Shown: in pieces, positions 35,601-44,700 of the stretch | Numbering within the stretch: position 1 is the first letter of the stretch | Layout: every line of letters starts with the position of its first letter | NCBI GenBank assembly: GCA_004764695.1 | Contig: SMSO01000034.1 | Span: 2,294,001 to 2,358,000, forward strand | Direction of reading: 5' to 3' | DNA: 64,000 nt | Origin: Schizochytrium sp. TIO01 | Taxonomy: Eukaryota; Protista; Bigyra: Labyrinthulomycetes | Position numbers and translations under genes: made by a program | The notes under the pieces: model-generated | What the model saw: the letters and a program-made list of their open reading frames with translations, nothing else | Databases searched by the model: none | What the model was told of the DNA's origin: nothing

Positions 35601-38600
35601 TAGCTCGCCAGGCTTGAAGTTAAACTCAAGAACCTCATTCCAGTCAGGATTACATGTATCCTGGCACACACGGGTTCGTTGTTTTGCGTGAGGGCCAACA
35701 CGAACGATGCAGTACGGGTCGCTGGATGTTGCAGTGCGCGAAAATATGCCCGTTGTATCGGCAGCCCGTAGATTTCGAGCATGCAAGACCTCCACACGGA
35801 TCCTTAGAGGCGAACCCTTCAGGTCGATTCTGTTAGGGATTCGGTCAACCTGAAAGGACTTTGATACCCCAATTTTCCGGCCCGAGTGGTGTTCAATTAG
35901 AGCGAATGTTATTTTTTCTTGAAATGGCAACTCTAGAATCGGAGGGTCCGGCCAGGTCAAGTGCGGACCTTTTGCGTCTGGGGAGGCTTCTTTCGCGCCT
36001 GAGCGTGATTCTGTGACTACCACACGTGCGTTTACCTCTTGTGAATATGTCACAGATTTCAGTTCTAGCCTTAATAACGCATTTTTGGAATATTCCTTAG
36101 CTAGGCTCGGGTTTGAAGAGGTTACAGCGCGCTTCAGTTTAGCCCAGGCGAGATATTCATTTAAAGAGACTTGTCCATCACAGTTAAGGTCCAGATTTGC
36201 AAGTTCAAAAGTCATGTCATAGATACTGCTTGCACTCAATAGAAAGGCAAGTTCCTCATGAACAAGTTGATCTATATGCTGCGCAGATATAAATCCCTTG
36301 CACTCCTTATCGAAACGCCGAAATGCATCAATAAACGGCTGCAGCTCTGGGTCGTTTTCCAGAGCTTTCGCTATCTCTGCGGCGCCTGAGTCATCCAAAG
36401 CCACCGCATACTTTGAATCTGGCTTAATAGTACTTTGCAGTGATTCTTCGAAAGAAAAATCTATTTCTACAGAGTTCTTTAGTTTTGTTGTGAAGAGTTG
36501 GGGGGACTGAATGTCATTAAGTGGTAATGTTTGATAATGTCGAAGGTGAATCTGGTCTTGAGAAAACACGAGGATAGAAACCGATAGGGCTGCTGCGGCA
36601 GAAGATTTAAGGTTAAAATGTTCTCCGAAAAACGCAGCACCGTTTTGGACTTGAACAGTTGACGAAATGCCAATTGCATCGTGCTTTGCCCCCAAAGCCG
36701 AAACTAAATACATGGTCACACGACACTTCACTTGTTCATCTTTAGATACCTGGTTTTTTAGTGCAAGGCCTTTAATTTGGTTCAAACGAAGAAACAGTCC
36801 TTTCGTATCCTTTGTCTCTTCATGGTTTGCCTCGAAAATGGACCAGTAAAGAACTTTGGGCAAACTAACAGAGTATGCGTGAGGCTTATCCTCGACTAAC
36901 TGAAGCTGTTCGTTTCTGACCTCGTATACACCCTCTACAACTTTATCATCTTTTGAGTACGCTAAAAGCTGCAGCGAGTGTAGTGATCTTTGAAGGTGTT
37001 TTTCTCCGTACCCAACGCATGCAAGGCTGACAAAATCGTCACCATCCTGTATAAGAGGCTGCAAAGCTCGACATTCAACCCGAAAGTCGCCGGAGAGGGT
37101 CATGTTTGTGAAAGCATAGCTTCTCAAACTCGATGGAAGCTTAAGAAGAGTCTTATACAGACTTTGCTGTTTCGGCGGCGGGTGCTTCATTCTTTCAGAT
37201 TCTTTGCGGGAGTTGTAGCATTTTACTTCGAAGTAAAGTTTGGCGTGAGCTCCTGGAAAGTTAATCTCAAGATTTTCTTGCTCCAGAACAAGAACAGGCA
37301 AAACTTGGGTCTCTATGGCGATTTCATTGTTGTCCAAATCGCATTCCACGAGTGTAACCTCCAGCGGAAACGATGAAGAGGACCCGTCAATGCGAAAGGG
37401 GCCTAAGGACTCCTCAAAGATAAACAAGGCAGGCTGTTGCGAAATATCACCAGATCTGCTAGAGTCTCTCATTTCAAGAAGATATTCGAGCTCGTCACCT
37501 CGCCCTTCTGTCGTGTTCAAGGTGTTTTGCTGCCAGATTTCCTCTCGAAAATGAGTCATAAACCATGTGTTTATAACCTTGACACGTACTGAGACGCGAT
37601 GGCTTGATTGTAACCCGTTAAGGCGACTTAGGCGAATATTAAGAAATCGATCACCTTGACTATCTGTTGATGCCAAAGACGAGCGGCGCCGCACCCTCAC
37701 TGATGAAGATGACAAGCTCTCCCGGCCCGAACTCTTTGACTCTTCAACACTGTCAGCAAGTGGAGGAAAAGAGTCTAATGGTACATTCTTGTTATCCTGC
37801 CGGCTAGAGGCCAGCTCTAAAAAGCCTGCAAGGCGATTTCTGTACAAAAGTGGGCGGAAAGCAAACTCTACAGGAAGATCCCATTGAGGTAGTTCGAGAA
37901 AAGTTACAGAACCTAATATGTTAGTGTCAGCAAAAACTCGAGCAGTAAGAAGCCATACAGGGCCTGTTGCTGTTGCCTCGATGTGATTTGAAAGTCTTCC
38001 TGCAGCAAGGTCCTCAAGTTGAAAGTTCAACGTCTCTTGTTCCCACTCTGGATTTGCCAAAGACCCTTGTGGGATACTAAGCGATGTTTTAGCATTTGTT
38101 TTACGATGAGTTTCCTCAATTGTGACCTTGATGTTTCCTTTTGCACGACGCAGCTCTCTTGCATTTAGGATGTCAATTATAGCTACATCAGGTACCTTTG
38201 AATCCGCGTATGGAGAACGAACCTTTCCCCACCTTGAGTTAGCCCACGGTCTAAGGCATGCTGAATCTAAAGAATCAATAGTGAGATCAAGAATGAACTT
38301 TCCTACATTACAATGGAAAGGAACGGTCAACCACTCACGTGATTGGCAGCAGACAAGAGAGCCAATGTCTATTATTGTCTCTCCAAGCAGAACGTTTCTG
38401 ATAGACATGACATTAACTTTTAGAAGAATATGCTGATTGTCCACCTGGACATCACACTGAGCAGTTTCAGCCATTTCTTCCTCGATACCAACTGTTTGAG
38501 AGCGGAATCTTTGAACTACTATAAGATCTTCGCCAATTTGATTTCCGGGTCTTAATATTTCGAGCTGCAGAAAGACCTCTGCTGGTCGTAAAGTAGTAGC

Positions 38601-40091
38601 CTCGATAGCTTTCATTAAAATACGATTCATCGTGATCAATAATCTCCTCTTTGGTGCTGTCATAATACTTTGTGCTTCACTAGTGGCCATTATGCTGAAC
38701 GTGTCATCGGGCATACTCTCAGAATTAACTTTGGATATAACATGCGGATGTCCAGGCTCAATATCATCAGTTGAATTTGTATGTAGTAGCGACTCAAACT
38801 CCCAGGTAAGCTGAATTTGGCCATTTCGAGTTGATGTTGATTGCCATCTTCCATTGTCATGTGCTGCAATTACGCAGCTGCCAAGTTCAGAGTTTCCGTC
38901 AGAAAATAATTCAACATGTAAAGTTTCGAATTCATACATAGTGGTCATGAGTATCGAGCCTTCGAGCACCTCCAAAGTTAGGTCACGGTCATCATGGCCA
39001 CGTCGAAAACGGGAAGGTTTAGCAGATGCCCACACTTCTCCATTGAAAAGCCCAAAGCTGATTGTTTCCCTAGACGTGCCGAGAGAAATGCGCATCCCAA
39101 ATGAAACATCTTCAAAACTAGAACCCAAGGCTTCTCTCAAACTGAAACCCCGCAACTTAATCTTTTTGAGACGTAGAAACCCAGGTGTCTGTGTTCGTGA
39201 AGGTTCAATATGCAATTTTTGTGTTTCTTCCTTGCTCTCGAAAGATACATGTGCCTTGACATGGATTCCCCATTTAGACTGGTTTGAGAGGATGTGGTTT
39301 GCACGAAACTTTAAAGATGTCAGGAAATTCTCGTTCCCTTGCAAAGATAGAATATGTGATGCGGTGACTTCCTCCAGATTAAGATCAAGATCCAGGCTCG
39401 AGCCTTTGAAACTCTGCTGCACGAGGGGTTTGACATGAGCTGATAACTGTAGATATTTCTCGTTCCCTGTGCCAGGAAAAGTAAAGGTTTGTTTGATTGT
39501 AAATTCTTTGCCTTGTTCGGTGGGTCGAATTGGTTTTTCCGGGTCGCATTGGTGGGCTCCTAGGGCTCCAGAAAACTGTAGATCATACTGATTCAAATTT
39601 CCGTGAGAGACGCGACCTGAAAGAAGCACTACACGCCATAGACCTTCAGGATAAGCACTACGTGGGAATTCTGTAGGTTCAAGAAATACTTGAAGGGTGA
39701 TTTGACAATTTGTGGAGCCTTCCACATCGAGAAGGTCAACATGTGCTTGCTTCATCTTTGAGGCACGGCTAAAACTTTCTAGTTTTGGCTTCCCCCCAAG
39801 ACGCAACCATTTCAGAGGATGATATGGAAGAATTGATGCTGAAGAGCTCAACAAGCTTTTGTTTGCTCCTTTTGCTAGAAATAGATCCTCCAAATCCAAA
39901 CTCCCTTGGAGGTCAGAGTCGTTTCCCACCTGTCTAATATGAAGCCAAGAATCTCTAAGATCCTCTTCAATGATGACTTCGGAGTTCTGACGCCCGAGGA
40001 TTCTTTCCTGTGGCATGAGCATAATCTCTACATTTTCCTCATCTGTTTCGATGTGCAGTCTATAAGCTTTGCTTCTGTCTTCCACTGCCAT
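26691..40091 (-). CDS. Giant (4466 aa) multi-C2 / EF-hand / IQ / ankyrin calcium-signalling protein
   Basis: Uninterrupted 13.4-kb ORF. Canonical C2 domain (ARNLRAAD..SDPYC..NPDWNE..RDKD..DDRLG, ~35510-35810) plus degenerate C2-like segments; EF loops DLNCDGQVSLNE, DMDGDGVIDIDE, DANDSGMLDQFE, DVDKDGRISVEE, DQDRTGLVDADE, DKDGDGRINLDE; ankyrin GMSALHQA..GADVSLADNYGRTP; IQ motifs IQTRVRGWLVR, IQAASRGFLLR, LQRVIRGKQAR. Confidence 0.88.
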   Translation of the reverse strand: MAVEDRSKAYRLHIETDEENVEIMLMPQERILGRQNSEVIIEEDLRDSWLHIRQVGNDSDLQGSLDLEDLFLAKGANKSLLSSSASILPYHPLKWLRLGGKPKLESFSRASKMKQAHVDLLDVEGSTNCQITLQVFLEPTEFPRSAYPEGLWRVVLLSGRVSHGNLNQYDLQFSGALGAHQCDPEKPIRPTEQGKEFTIKQTFTFPGTGNEKYLQLSAHVKPLVQQSFKGSSLDLDLNLEEVTASHILSLQGNENFLTSLKFRANHILSNQSKWGIHVKAHVSFESKEETQKLHIEPSRTQTPGFLRLKKIKLRGFSLREALGSSFEDVSFGMRISLGTSRETISFGLFNGEVWASAKPSRFRRGHDDRDLTLEVLEGSILMTTMYEFETLHVELFSDGNSELGSCVIAAHDNGRWQSTSTRNGQIQLTWEFESLLHTNSTDDIEPGHPHVISKVNSESMPDDTFSIMATSEAQSIMTAPKRRLLITMNRILMKAIEATTLRPAEVFLQLEILRPGNQIGEDLIVVQRFRSQTVGIEEEMAETAQCDVQVDNQHILLKVNVMSIRNVLLGETIIDIGSLVCCQSREWLTVPFHCNVGKFILDLTIDSLDSACLRPWANSRWGKVRSPYADSKVPDVAIIDILNARELRRAKGNIKVTIEETHRKTNAKTSLSIPQGSLANPEWEQETLNFQLEDLAAGRLSNHIEATATGPVWLLTARVFADTNILGSVTFLELPQWDLPVEFAFRPLLYRNRLAGFLELASSRQDNKNVPLDSFPPLADSVEESKSSGRESLSSSSVRVRRRSSLASTDSQGDRFLNIRLSRLNGLQSSHRVSVRVKVINTWFMTHFREEIWQQNTLNTTEGRGDELEYLLEMRDSSRSGDISQQPALFIFEESLGPFRIDGSSSSFPLEVTLVECDLDNNEIAIETQVLPVLVLEQENLEINFPGAHAKLYFEVKCYNSRKESERMKHPPPKQQSLYKTLLKLPSSLRSYAFTNMTLSGDFRVECRALQPLIQDGDDFVSLACVGYGEKHLQRSLHSLQLLAYSKDDKVVEGVYEVRNEQLQLVEDKPHAYSVSLPKVLYWSIFEANHEETKDTKGLFLRLNQIKGLALKNQVSKDEQVKCRVTMYLVSALGAKHDAIGISSTVQVQNGAAFFGEHFNLKSSAAAALSVSILVFSQDQIHLRHYQTLPLNDIQSPQLFTTKLKNSVEIDFSFEESLQSTIKPDSKYAVALDDSGAAEIAKALENDPELQPFIDAFRRFDKECKGFISAQHIDQLVHEELAFLLSASSIYDMTFELANLDLNCDGQVSLNEYLAWAKLKRAVTSSNPSLAKEYSKNALLRLELKSVTYSQEVNARVVVTESRSGAKEASPDAKGPHLTWPDPPILELPFQEKITFALIEHHSGRKIGVSKSFQVDRIPNRIDLKGSPLRIRVEVLHARNLRAADTTGIFSRTATSSDPYCIVRVGPHAKQRTRVCQDTCNPDWNEVLEFNFKPGELTEDNIPIKIEVRDKDSFSLMDDRLGYLSINCSKELAEEIVLLQGKGATGTLTLRTSIVKYDTAVLELSSEITTEVTLDSMDLAIRKRTEMINQATRLNEESNKVLQAMPKILHVGVEQQRTGHKHVEGNLQNITELAKLISLAPGMPPERLWEFEIEVQEQMYNFSKAYSAAYASGKTVLDPMQYDFLLQAACNIHVMLRQSRIHDKLSKLYQTNSNQKDAQTIIRELVFFEQERKIFILDQLRLYLPHLNMKDPRAAKIVEAKLFRQEGLPSMEDIIETSRAIEKMLQQRAVVDQEALSLKAWIETKQSDLGKSLGTRRDHLRVQSRADILYAENLVGERADPPEQLREQMLIIEQHDELLRSRDLQDRKSRHHVIETFIQNHRPFHAVELLRALKSINMDIVELGNPVTEVELTALGLYSTVIQNKLTVQDLALRFVQYGVEGLDSNSVLEAINQRLARDERKVYLQEALDVRVKALYDRDALEDASKEDPQDHEDEILSLLLSSHIAKTFIEEVPRETADSLSELARQVAAKIVHSEYLSRQELMRAGGVLQLGLKYGGHDIRASLDGEELPVVPDAASLAEFRIPIPPQDSVNDPSKGVLHLDLLPHDLKSTTFLRIIQHTQDLIRRPGIQLSGQYHALRLPLPRALQGTLHVRPVIGSNSCSFYLRCEVVGQYPLPKFIDEQADCVHIWDLASDCNEAAILFPGILEDQRDAGIKFLAQLFHDRNLRNPVLEQEITELDIQSIEPQAIHPTVRVEVRFKPNDHLFDDVSQHRAAVKMTALARGYLTRRSKQILGYLSMKVSASGVVGAMGSKQASLSTYCTIQDLEDNRELARSMIAKHMGESPAYGSMRFPVLKSRTGQCVFKVWEDSELVGQTQVVEIEQLLSSGFAESKEISLTGGLRSRQGKGLHIHVVRAKVGSRSQKFSVRVYANARGQGNKRETSSVSANQQGVIDWNEGFAFREKYFGVEDSVKFELLSEGGACFAFQVELGPVLERTKFTHWMRSQDNDVALLVKIWTQDTSDNEQRCGMLKLSDINLEERNSDTGSSENVPKDQIPADSLYTPCMIEVRVVEARNFSEGTDQSLRRLKVRCEVLPWGPTRPQGCAETALSWGNNKHIRWTRSEQNTMDLHFSGCNNKMETPYLGVELSQIDQEPLLGYAKIPLLEDVSEAGCMWYDLSPHGQIRLSIRRKDFQPGKEHQQSQRVAAMLCFKTKSRDSKQDPELLLSEASDFLLLEELKATPAEELTNKLSGNPRFLTARNEKGMSALHQAVIIHRTDLVKALLKAGADVSLADNYGRTPAEYASTVPMLKALGMLSSNSTVITKNTQMQGAQAIIEHLSKGAKLDAAQKSSNSTSEYEDFEENTRNEKPVMSATRAEQLSMFSILHDIVDQAQGADEVFDLFDMDGDGVIDIDEFEGSMRALLSIQSANDDRLDIVRSISKALMASQPKSCTREHFMQFFDLQDSSPMASARSTLSQSADNLVSVLSKVQDLSINSPILEVKSKLESFAQENLPIDVVRQAWLKSLAAEERSFENTVEKFVAHLQEHYKEGKWPTKLNLKAFAEIVQSFMEPDEQFASSRFVERLCQRFHLANEDIIVHQLVMQILTNNGIADEELIGDANDRIIQHLLSLIKKSGHGALLNDFKSVSRRLFEKLDANDSGMLDQFEFSSGMRSLGVMDASSVKQLFRSLDVDKDGRISVEEFVLYIEKYIFRKQAALDSVLSALREQSRRLTETSTRRGLTRRELLEQKLETMQAHLHEATKRRGDLGFFRKKRSKTLHEVNWGVLISAPVNHASSENSKLQRLQSSRVSCYDEVDELLILQDGRSLRLGVDSIEMIYDCSSYQKYQADGYPDPLLVKVLAKLEASRTFIDRSAKKVQHFFRRNAAMKDARRVVAKQREYVKMMSDQRNGAVALQRVIRGKQARQRRVRLHNIRQKQVELIASQKRAATKIQTRVRGWLVRSDAMAQRETRQVKAATRIQAASRGFLLRSAEGRVVQREHATIVEAIQMPFRHGLVSSLTLDAPRLSKEILRLKLFLAPFDAEEQQDETQRKAPVYGLLAEEQQVKASIDVPGRIAELQKLMRSFGITDMTKEIPLNCLSERRAQKSVLEVLQATLVLNDEALISKMAFDLASAITDIHPIHDTSQVGLALFRALQSDPPKETTKDSIQAIDNARFKSFRYLQRSATKSYAWVETKAKRSQRIFTRSLELESFQNEAPQNQNDEILSRVHALALACAELDVYGLTRAFLDSPVTVEQVETDKAILSAAWNSTKYQLTVKLNFSKKRKVTAGKGYEHVPARARCKQAELYSLLAVLPPTSGDSNRDPRVMKIDFSGVEVGESGSKTLERAVWMPPTQSKIFAQRVYLQSSNDKRGTDLDSLKAAFQRVRWIGKLITSPNTAELVEVDAWRLTDHSTGGLQLRLTVAQGVLGWFSIQECKSILRLYLCVSISTNDLFERVSKMLSPFEETSKILTGLLLHVRERVESMGDARRVFLRHGFDSQIPHGALLDLLKRRLECLVFLRTVEGIQDAEEMDELLNMFLDLFPDPLSLDAWENICNPPAVDALSWLSQTLHKNRTAGIMYLRAKFRSIGGDSCIVPYGDVQKVLCDYLEDAGLVPEMLEEVDWQAFRVGDKSDDNLIDCKLFFKALEDAMIVMESRHVTSPISGASGDEALPINDEESVENPSDSENIDYDQEITEEERACLLDELVDSEDEADVWGAEFFRDQARRSALAELRFRVFEYSNPDALPGGFDLEKVFRVFDQDRTGLVDADEFQRALEILDVEEILPNKEAIRDFISIIDKDGDGRINLDEFVRMMGPHQPLSLLKRLSRPPSSQIIRWAVELFVADLGTWIPGVAHKYRPFDNAVQIELKAHGNQFEAQDIGFLQLDDYPLLLRRNMWSGKPWGREPLWKRVHNARSVRNTKSYLQEKFSSGSKASTSPTTASSSASSFLSVDSETSRSSF

Positions 40092-40802
40092 TTTCTCGCC
40101 CCTGAATGAGCTACTTCAGCAAATCCAGTCGCGTGCTCGCCACGGCCTACGGCCCGTCTGCAGCTCCAATATCGTCACAAATATCTCACGTCTCGAATTC
40201 GCCGTGTGCTGCCGCAAGGTCTAATAGCTACAAGCCCCAAGCCGTTGTAATTTAAGCCTCGCGTGCAACTCGCAAAAAATAAATATGAAGCAGTCCGCAA
40301 GCATGCAAGTGCACCACTCCAGGACCATAACTCTGCCTTGCAAGCTTGGAAGTAGTCTTCCACACAAGTCTTGACGACTTTACTTGTAGGCAGCCTCTGA
40401 AGAGCCCATTCATCCCACATTCCCCTTCAAGAGTGCTTATACTATGAAAGCAAAGCGGGCGACGTCCTACTGTGCCTTAGCCAACTCCTACCCCTGCGCT
40501 AGGTGTACGTTGAGCGCGGACTAACTATCTTTTCGTCCCACTTCGTCGGTACCGGTTCCTGGACCATCGGTGAAACCCCGCCTCGCAAGTTTACCCGACG
40601 TGCGACTGGCTAAGACAGCGGGCACTTAGCATGTGTGTATGCCAATACTAATCCTCCTCCTCGTGATATTCGAGCGTGGCACGCCTGCTTCGAAGGCGGA
40701 GCACGGACAGTTCGACGCTCATAAGGCCAGGTTTATATCCATCGAGGCGGTGTCCACGTCTGCCGCCACGACTGCCTTCTTCAGCAGCCTCGGCGGCGAC
40801 CA

Positions 40803-40862
40803 CGGCCAATCAGCCGGAATCAGCATATTAATACCCAGAGTTCCCCTGATTGGGGCCAATAT
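40803..40862. promoter_or_regulatory. Cluster of CCAAT boxes in the divergent intergenic region between the giant C2 gene and RPA2
   Basis: GGCCAATCAG (CCAAT at 40806), CTGATTGG (ATTGG at 40849) and CCAAT at 40856, all within 60 bp. Confidence 0.4.
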
Positions 40863-41740
40863 GGCGGCGAATGAGTGGCAAACAAAGCCTCTAAAAGTTG
40901 CTTTGTTTTCCGCCTTTGAGAGGCAAAGAAACGGAGTTATGTATGGTATGATGAATGAATGAATGAATGTATGTATGTATGTATGCAGGAACGATCGATC
41001 GATCGACCGAGGAATTTGCAGTCGTCCTCGGGTCATGCGAAGCTGGCTTGTAGAAATATGGAGGGTCGGGAGCACGCTCAAACCGATCTACGACATGAAG
41101 GAATTGATCGTGAACTGTGAATTTTATGAAGTGAAGAGCACCTCTGTAAAATATGAATGAATGAATGAATGAATGAGTGAATGAATGAGATGATCTATAA
41201 ATGCAGTATCCGCAAGTGGGCTATTCACGGTACAAGTGAAGAATAGGCGAATGTTGGGTAGTAAATAGTGAAATAAATAAGTTAGTAATGGATTATCAAC
41301 TAACAATTCGTGGAGACTCGCGCACTCCAGTCAATTGACCAAGCGAGCGAATCGCTCAGCAGAATCCATCTGCGAAGACCGCCAGCGGCGCTGGCGGAGC
41401 TGATCGCCAGGTCAGCGGCCGACGAAGGCGGCTTGTCGAGGTGCAGAGCGTTTGCCTGCCTCGCGTGCGTGCTCGAACCCTCTCGACTCCGGTCTACTCG
41501 AGCTCGAGTTCGTTCATCATCTTAAATTGCTTCAGCTGGTGGCTTGAAGCTAGAGGCAAAGTTTGCCTTTCTTCATAGCATCGCTTCGCTTCGTTTTCGT
41601 TGCGTTGCGCGTGTTTGACTCAGGGGACTGACCAGATCAACTCACGTGGTTTGCCGCGTGATAGTTCTGGAGCTCGAATCGATTTCTGTGGTTGTCAGAT
41701 CGTTGCTGCAAAGTAGTATATATTTTGAGGCATTGGCACC

Positions 41741-44700
41741 ATGATGGCCTACAAGACCCCCGAGCGCCCTGGGCGGCACAAGAAGTCGTCAGGATCTTCA
41801 GTGGTTTCCTCTTCTTCTCGGGTGTCTAGTTCTTCGCACAAGAGCAAGAAGAAGTCGCCTTCCTCTGGAATTCCTCGCACAAACCCTTCCTCCACCAACG
41901 AGTCGCTCCCAGACTATGAGAGCGTGGAGCTTCTCCAGGAGCTTGTCGCGCAGCACGTGGACTCCTTTAACTATGCTGTCACCGAGGGCCTTGCCTACGC
42001 CGTAAATGACATTGGTGCTCGCGAGATGATTTACGACGAGGATTTTGGTCGCAAGCTTCGCATATGGCTTGAGGATGTTTCCATTGGCGTGCCAACAAGA
42101 CCTCAAAGCGATACTCGCGATGATACTCGTATCTTTCCTTCCGAAGCTCGCGCGAGACACATCAACTATGGAGCCCCTCTCACAGCCACTGTTTGTTTCG
42201 AACAGGACGGCAGCGTCGTGCGTTTAAACCGAAACCTCGGCAACGTGCCCATCATGGTTGGCTCCAGCCGCTGCCACTTGCGTGGTCTCACTCCTGAGCA
42301 GATGACCCGTCGCCACGAGGACGCTACTGAGATGGGTGGATACTTTATCAGCAACGGTAACGAGCGTTGTGTCCGTCTTCTTCAGATCCCTCGCCGTAAC
42401 CACATCATGGCTCTCGAGCGTCCTTCTTTCAAGAAGCGTGGACCCATCTTCAGCACGAAGGCTGTCTCAATGCGTTGCGTTGGTCCCGATCAGGTCGGTT
42501 GCACACTTACCGTGCACTACCTCTTGGACGGTACTGCTATGGTCCGTCTGGGCATCCGTAAGGCCGAGTACTTCGTGCCTGCTATGCTCATTCTCAAGGC
42601 TCTTAAGCCCCCTATGGCCACCGATCGTGAAATTTACACAAGCATTTTGCGTGGTGCTCATTTGGACGGAGACACCTTCATTAGTGATCGTGTTGAGCTT
42701 TGTCTTCGTCAGGTTGCTGATCTTCGCCTTTTCACATCCCAGCAGTGCAGAGCTTACCTCGGATCTCAGTTCCGATCTGTTTTGTCAGAGACAACCCCGC
42801 TTATGTCCGACGAGGAGGCTGGTGAGGTACTCTTGAGGCGGTACGTCTTTATTCACTTGAACAACTACACGTCTCGGCCTCAGTCTCATGCTAGTGCTGA
42901 AGTCACTCCTGAGAGTGACGTCGAGGGCTTCCTGACCGATGATGAGATCGGCGAGGAGAAGTTCAACCTTCTGATTGAGATGCTCCGCAAACTGTTTGCC
43001 TTCGTCAGCGGTCGTGTCGGCTGCGATAACCCTGATGCACTCAACAACCACGAGCTGCTCCTTAGTGGTCACATGTACGGTATGATGCTCAAGGAGCGTC
43101 TTGAGCAGTACCTGATTGGCATTCGCAGTGCGATCTTTCGCGAGATTAACCTGTCGCAGAACAAGGCTACATTCTTGTCAAGCCTCGGTGAAAACGACCC
43201 CAAGATTCTGCGCCGCATGATGGACCGCCCAGTAGAAATTGGCAACAAGCTCTTCTACTTCATGGCAACCGGTAACCTCGTCACTGAGTCTGGTCTTGAC
43301 CTCATGCAGATTGCTGGTTACACCATCATTGCTGAGAAACTTAACCGCTTCCGTTACATGTCCCACTTCCGCTCTGTGCATCGTGGTCAGTTCTTTACGG
43401 AGATGAAGACCACCGCTGTGCGTAAACTTCTTCCCGAATCCTGGGGTTTTCTTTGCCCCGTCCACACTCCTGATGGTTCGCCCTGTGGTCTCTTGAACCA
43501 CATGTCCTCGCTCTGTGCAGTCGTAACTCACCACCCGCGTGGTGGTGGACCTATGCAGGGCTACAAGGCAGCTTCAAGCCAGCTTGTCCTCGAAAACAGC
43601 GCTCGCAAGAAGGCTAAGCAGCGGAGCCGTTCGTCGGGATCCACAGTCACCTCGTTGACCCCCTCTTTGGTTTCTGAGCAGGCAAACAGCTTGCTTTCGC
43701 CATTGGCAGAGCTCGTTAAGAACCTTGTCGCTTGGGGAGTTTCACCATCGGGTCCGCGTAGCCCTGGACTCGTGGCACCTTACAACTTCTACCCTGTCAT
43801 GGTGGATGGCCGCCTTATTGGATATGCTCCCGATACTCTTTTGGCCAAGTCAATTGTGCCTCGTCTTCGCCGTGCTAAGACTGTTGCGCTTGGAGTCAAC
43901 GCTGTTGAGGTACTTCAAAAGGGCATTCAGTTTTTCCCGACGTCGCAGTACCTTCGCGACTGCATTGAGGATCCCCACCGCCACTATGCTGCTACTCTTG
44001 AGGTCTGCTACATCCCAGAAGGTGCTCGTGGTGGCGCATACCCTGGTCTGTACTTGTTCACTGGTGCTGCTCGTATGCTGCGCCCTGTGGTTCACCTTGA
44101 GAGTGGATTCATTGAATTGATTGGACCTCTTGCGCAGACCTTTATGGAAATCGCCGTTCGCCCTGAGGAAGTGCGTCTTGGCGTTGATACGCACGTGGAG
44201 ATTTGGCCGACTAGTATGCTCAGTATCGTTGCCAGCATGACCCCTTTCTCAGACTTTAACCAGTCCCCACGTAACATGTACCAGTGCCAGATGGCTAAGC
44301 AAACCCTGGGTTCTCCGGCCCACAACTACCGCTGGCGTACGGATAACAAGCTGTACCGCATCAAGACACCTCAGGCACCCCTGACCCAAAACTCGAACCA
44401 TGGTACATTTCAAATGGATGAGTACCCACAAGGTACGAACTCCGTCGTCGCTGTGATTTCCTACACTGGTTACGATATGGAGGATGCCATGATTATCAAC
44501 AAGAGCTCCTATGATCGTGGCTTTGCGCATGCTTGCGTGTACAAAACCAAGATTTTGGACGTTGCCAAGAGGGATCGTCGTGGTCGCTCTGCGCCCATCA
44601 CCCAGTTCTTCTCCAACAGGCACCCCGGTACCGGTCTCTTGGTGACCGATAAACTTGACATTGACGGTTTGCCGTGGATCGGCCAGCGCCTGACCAGTGG

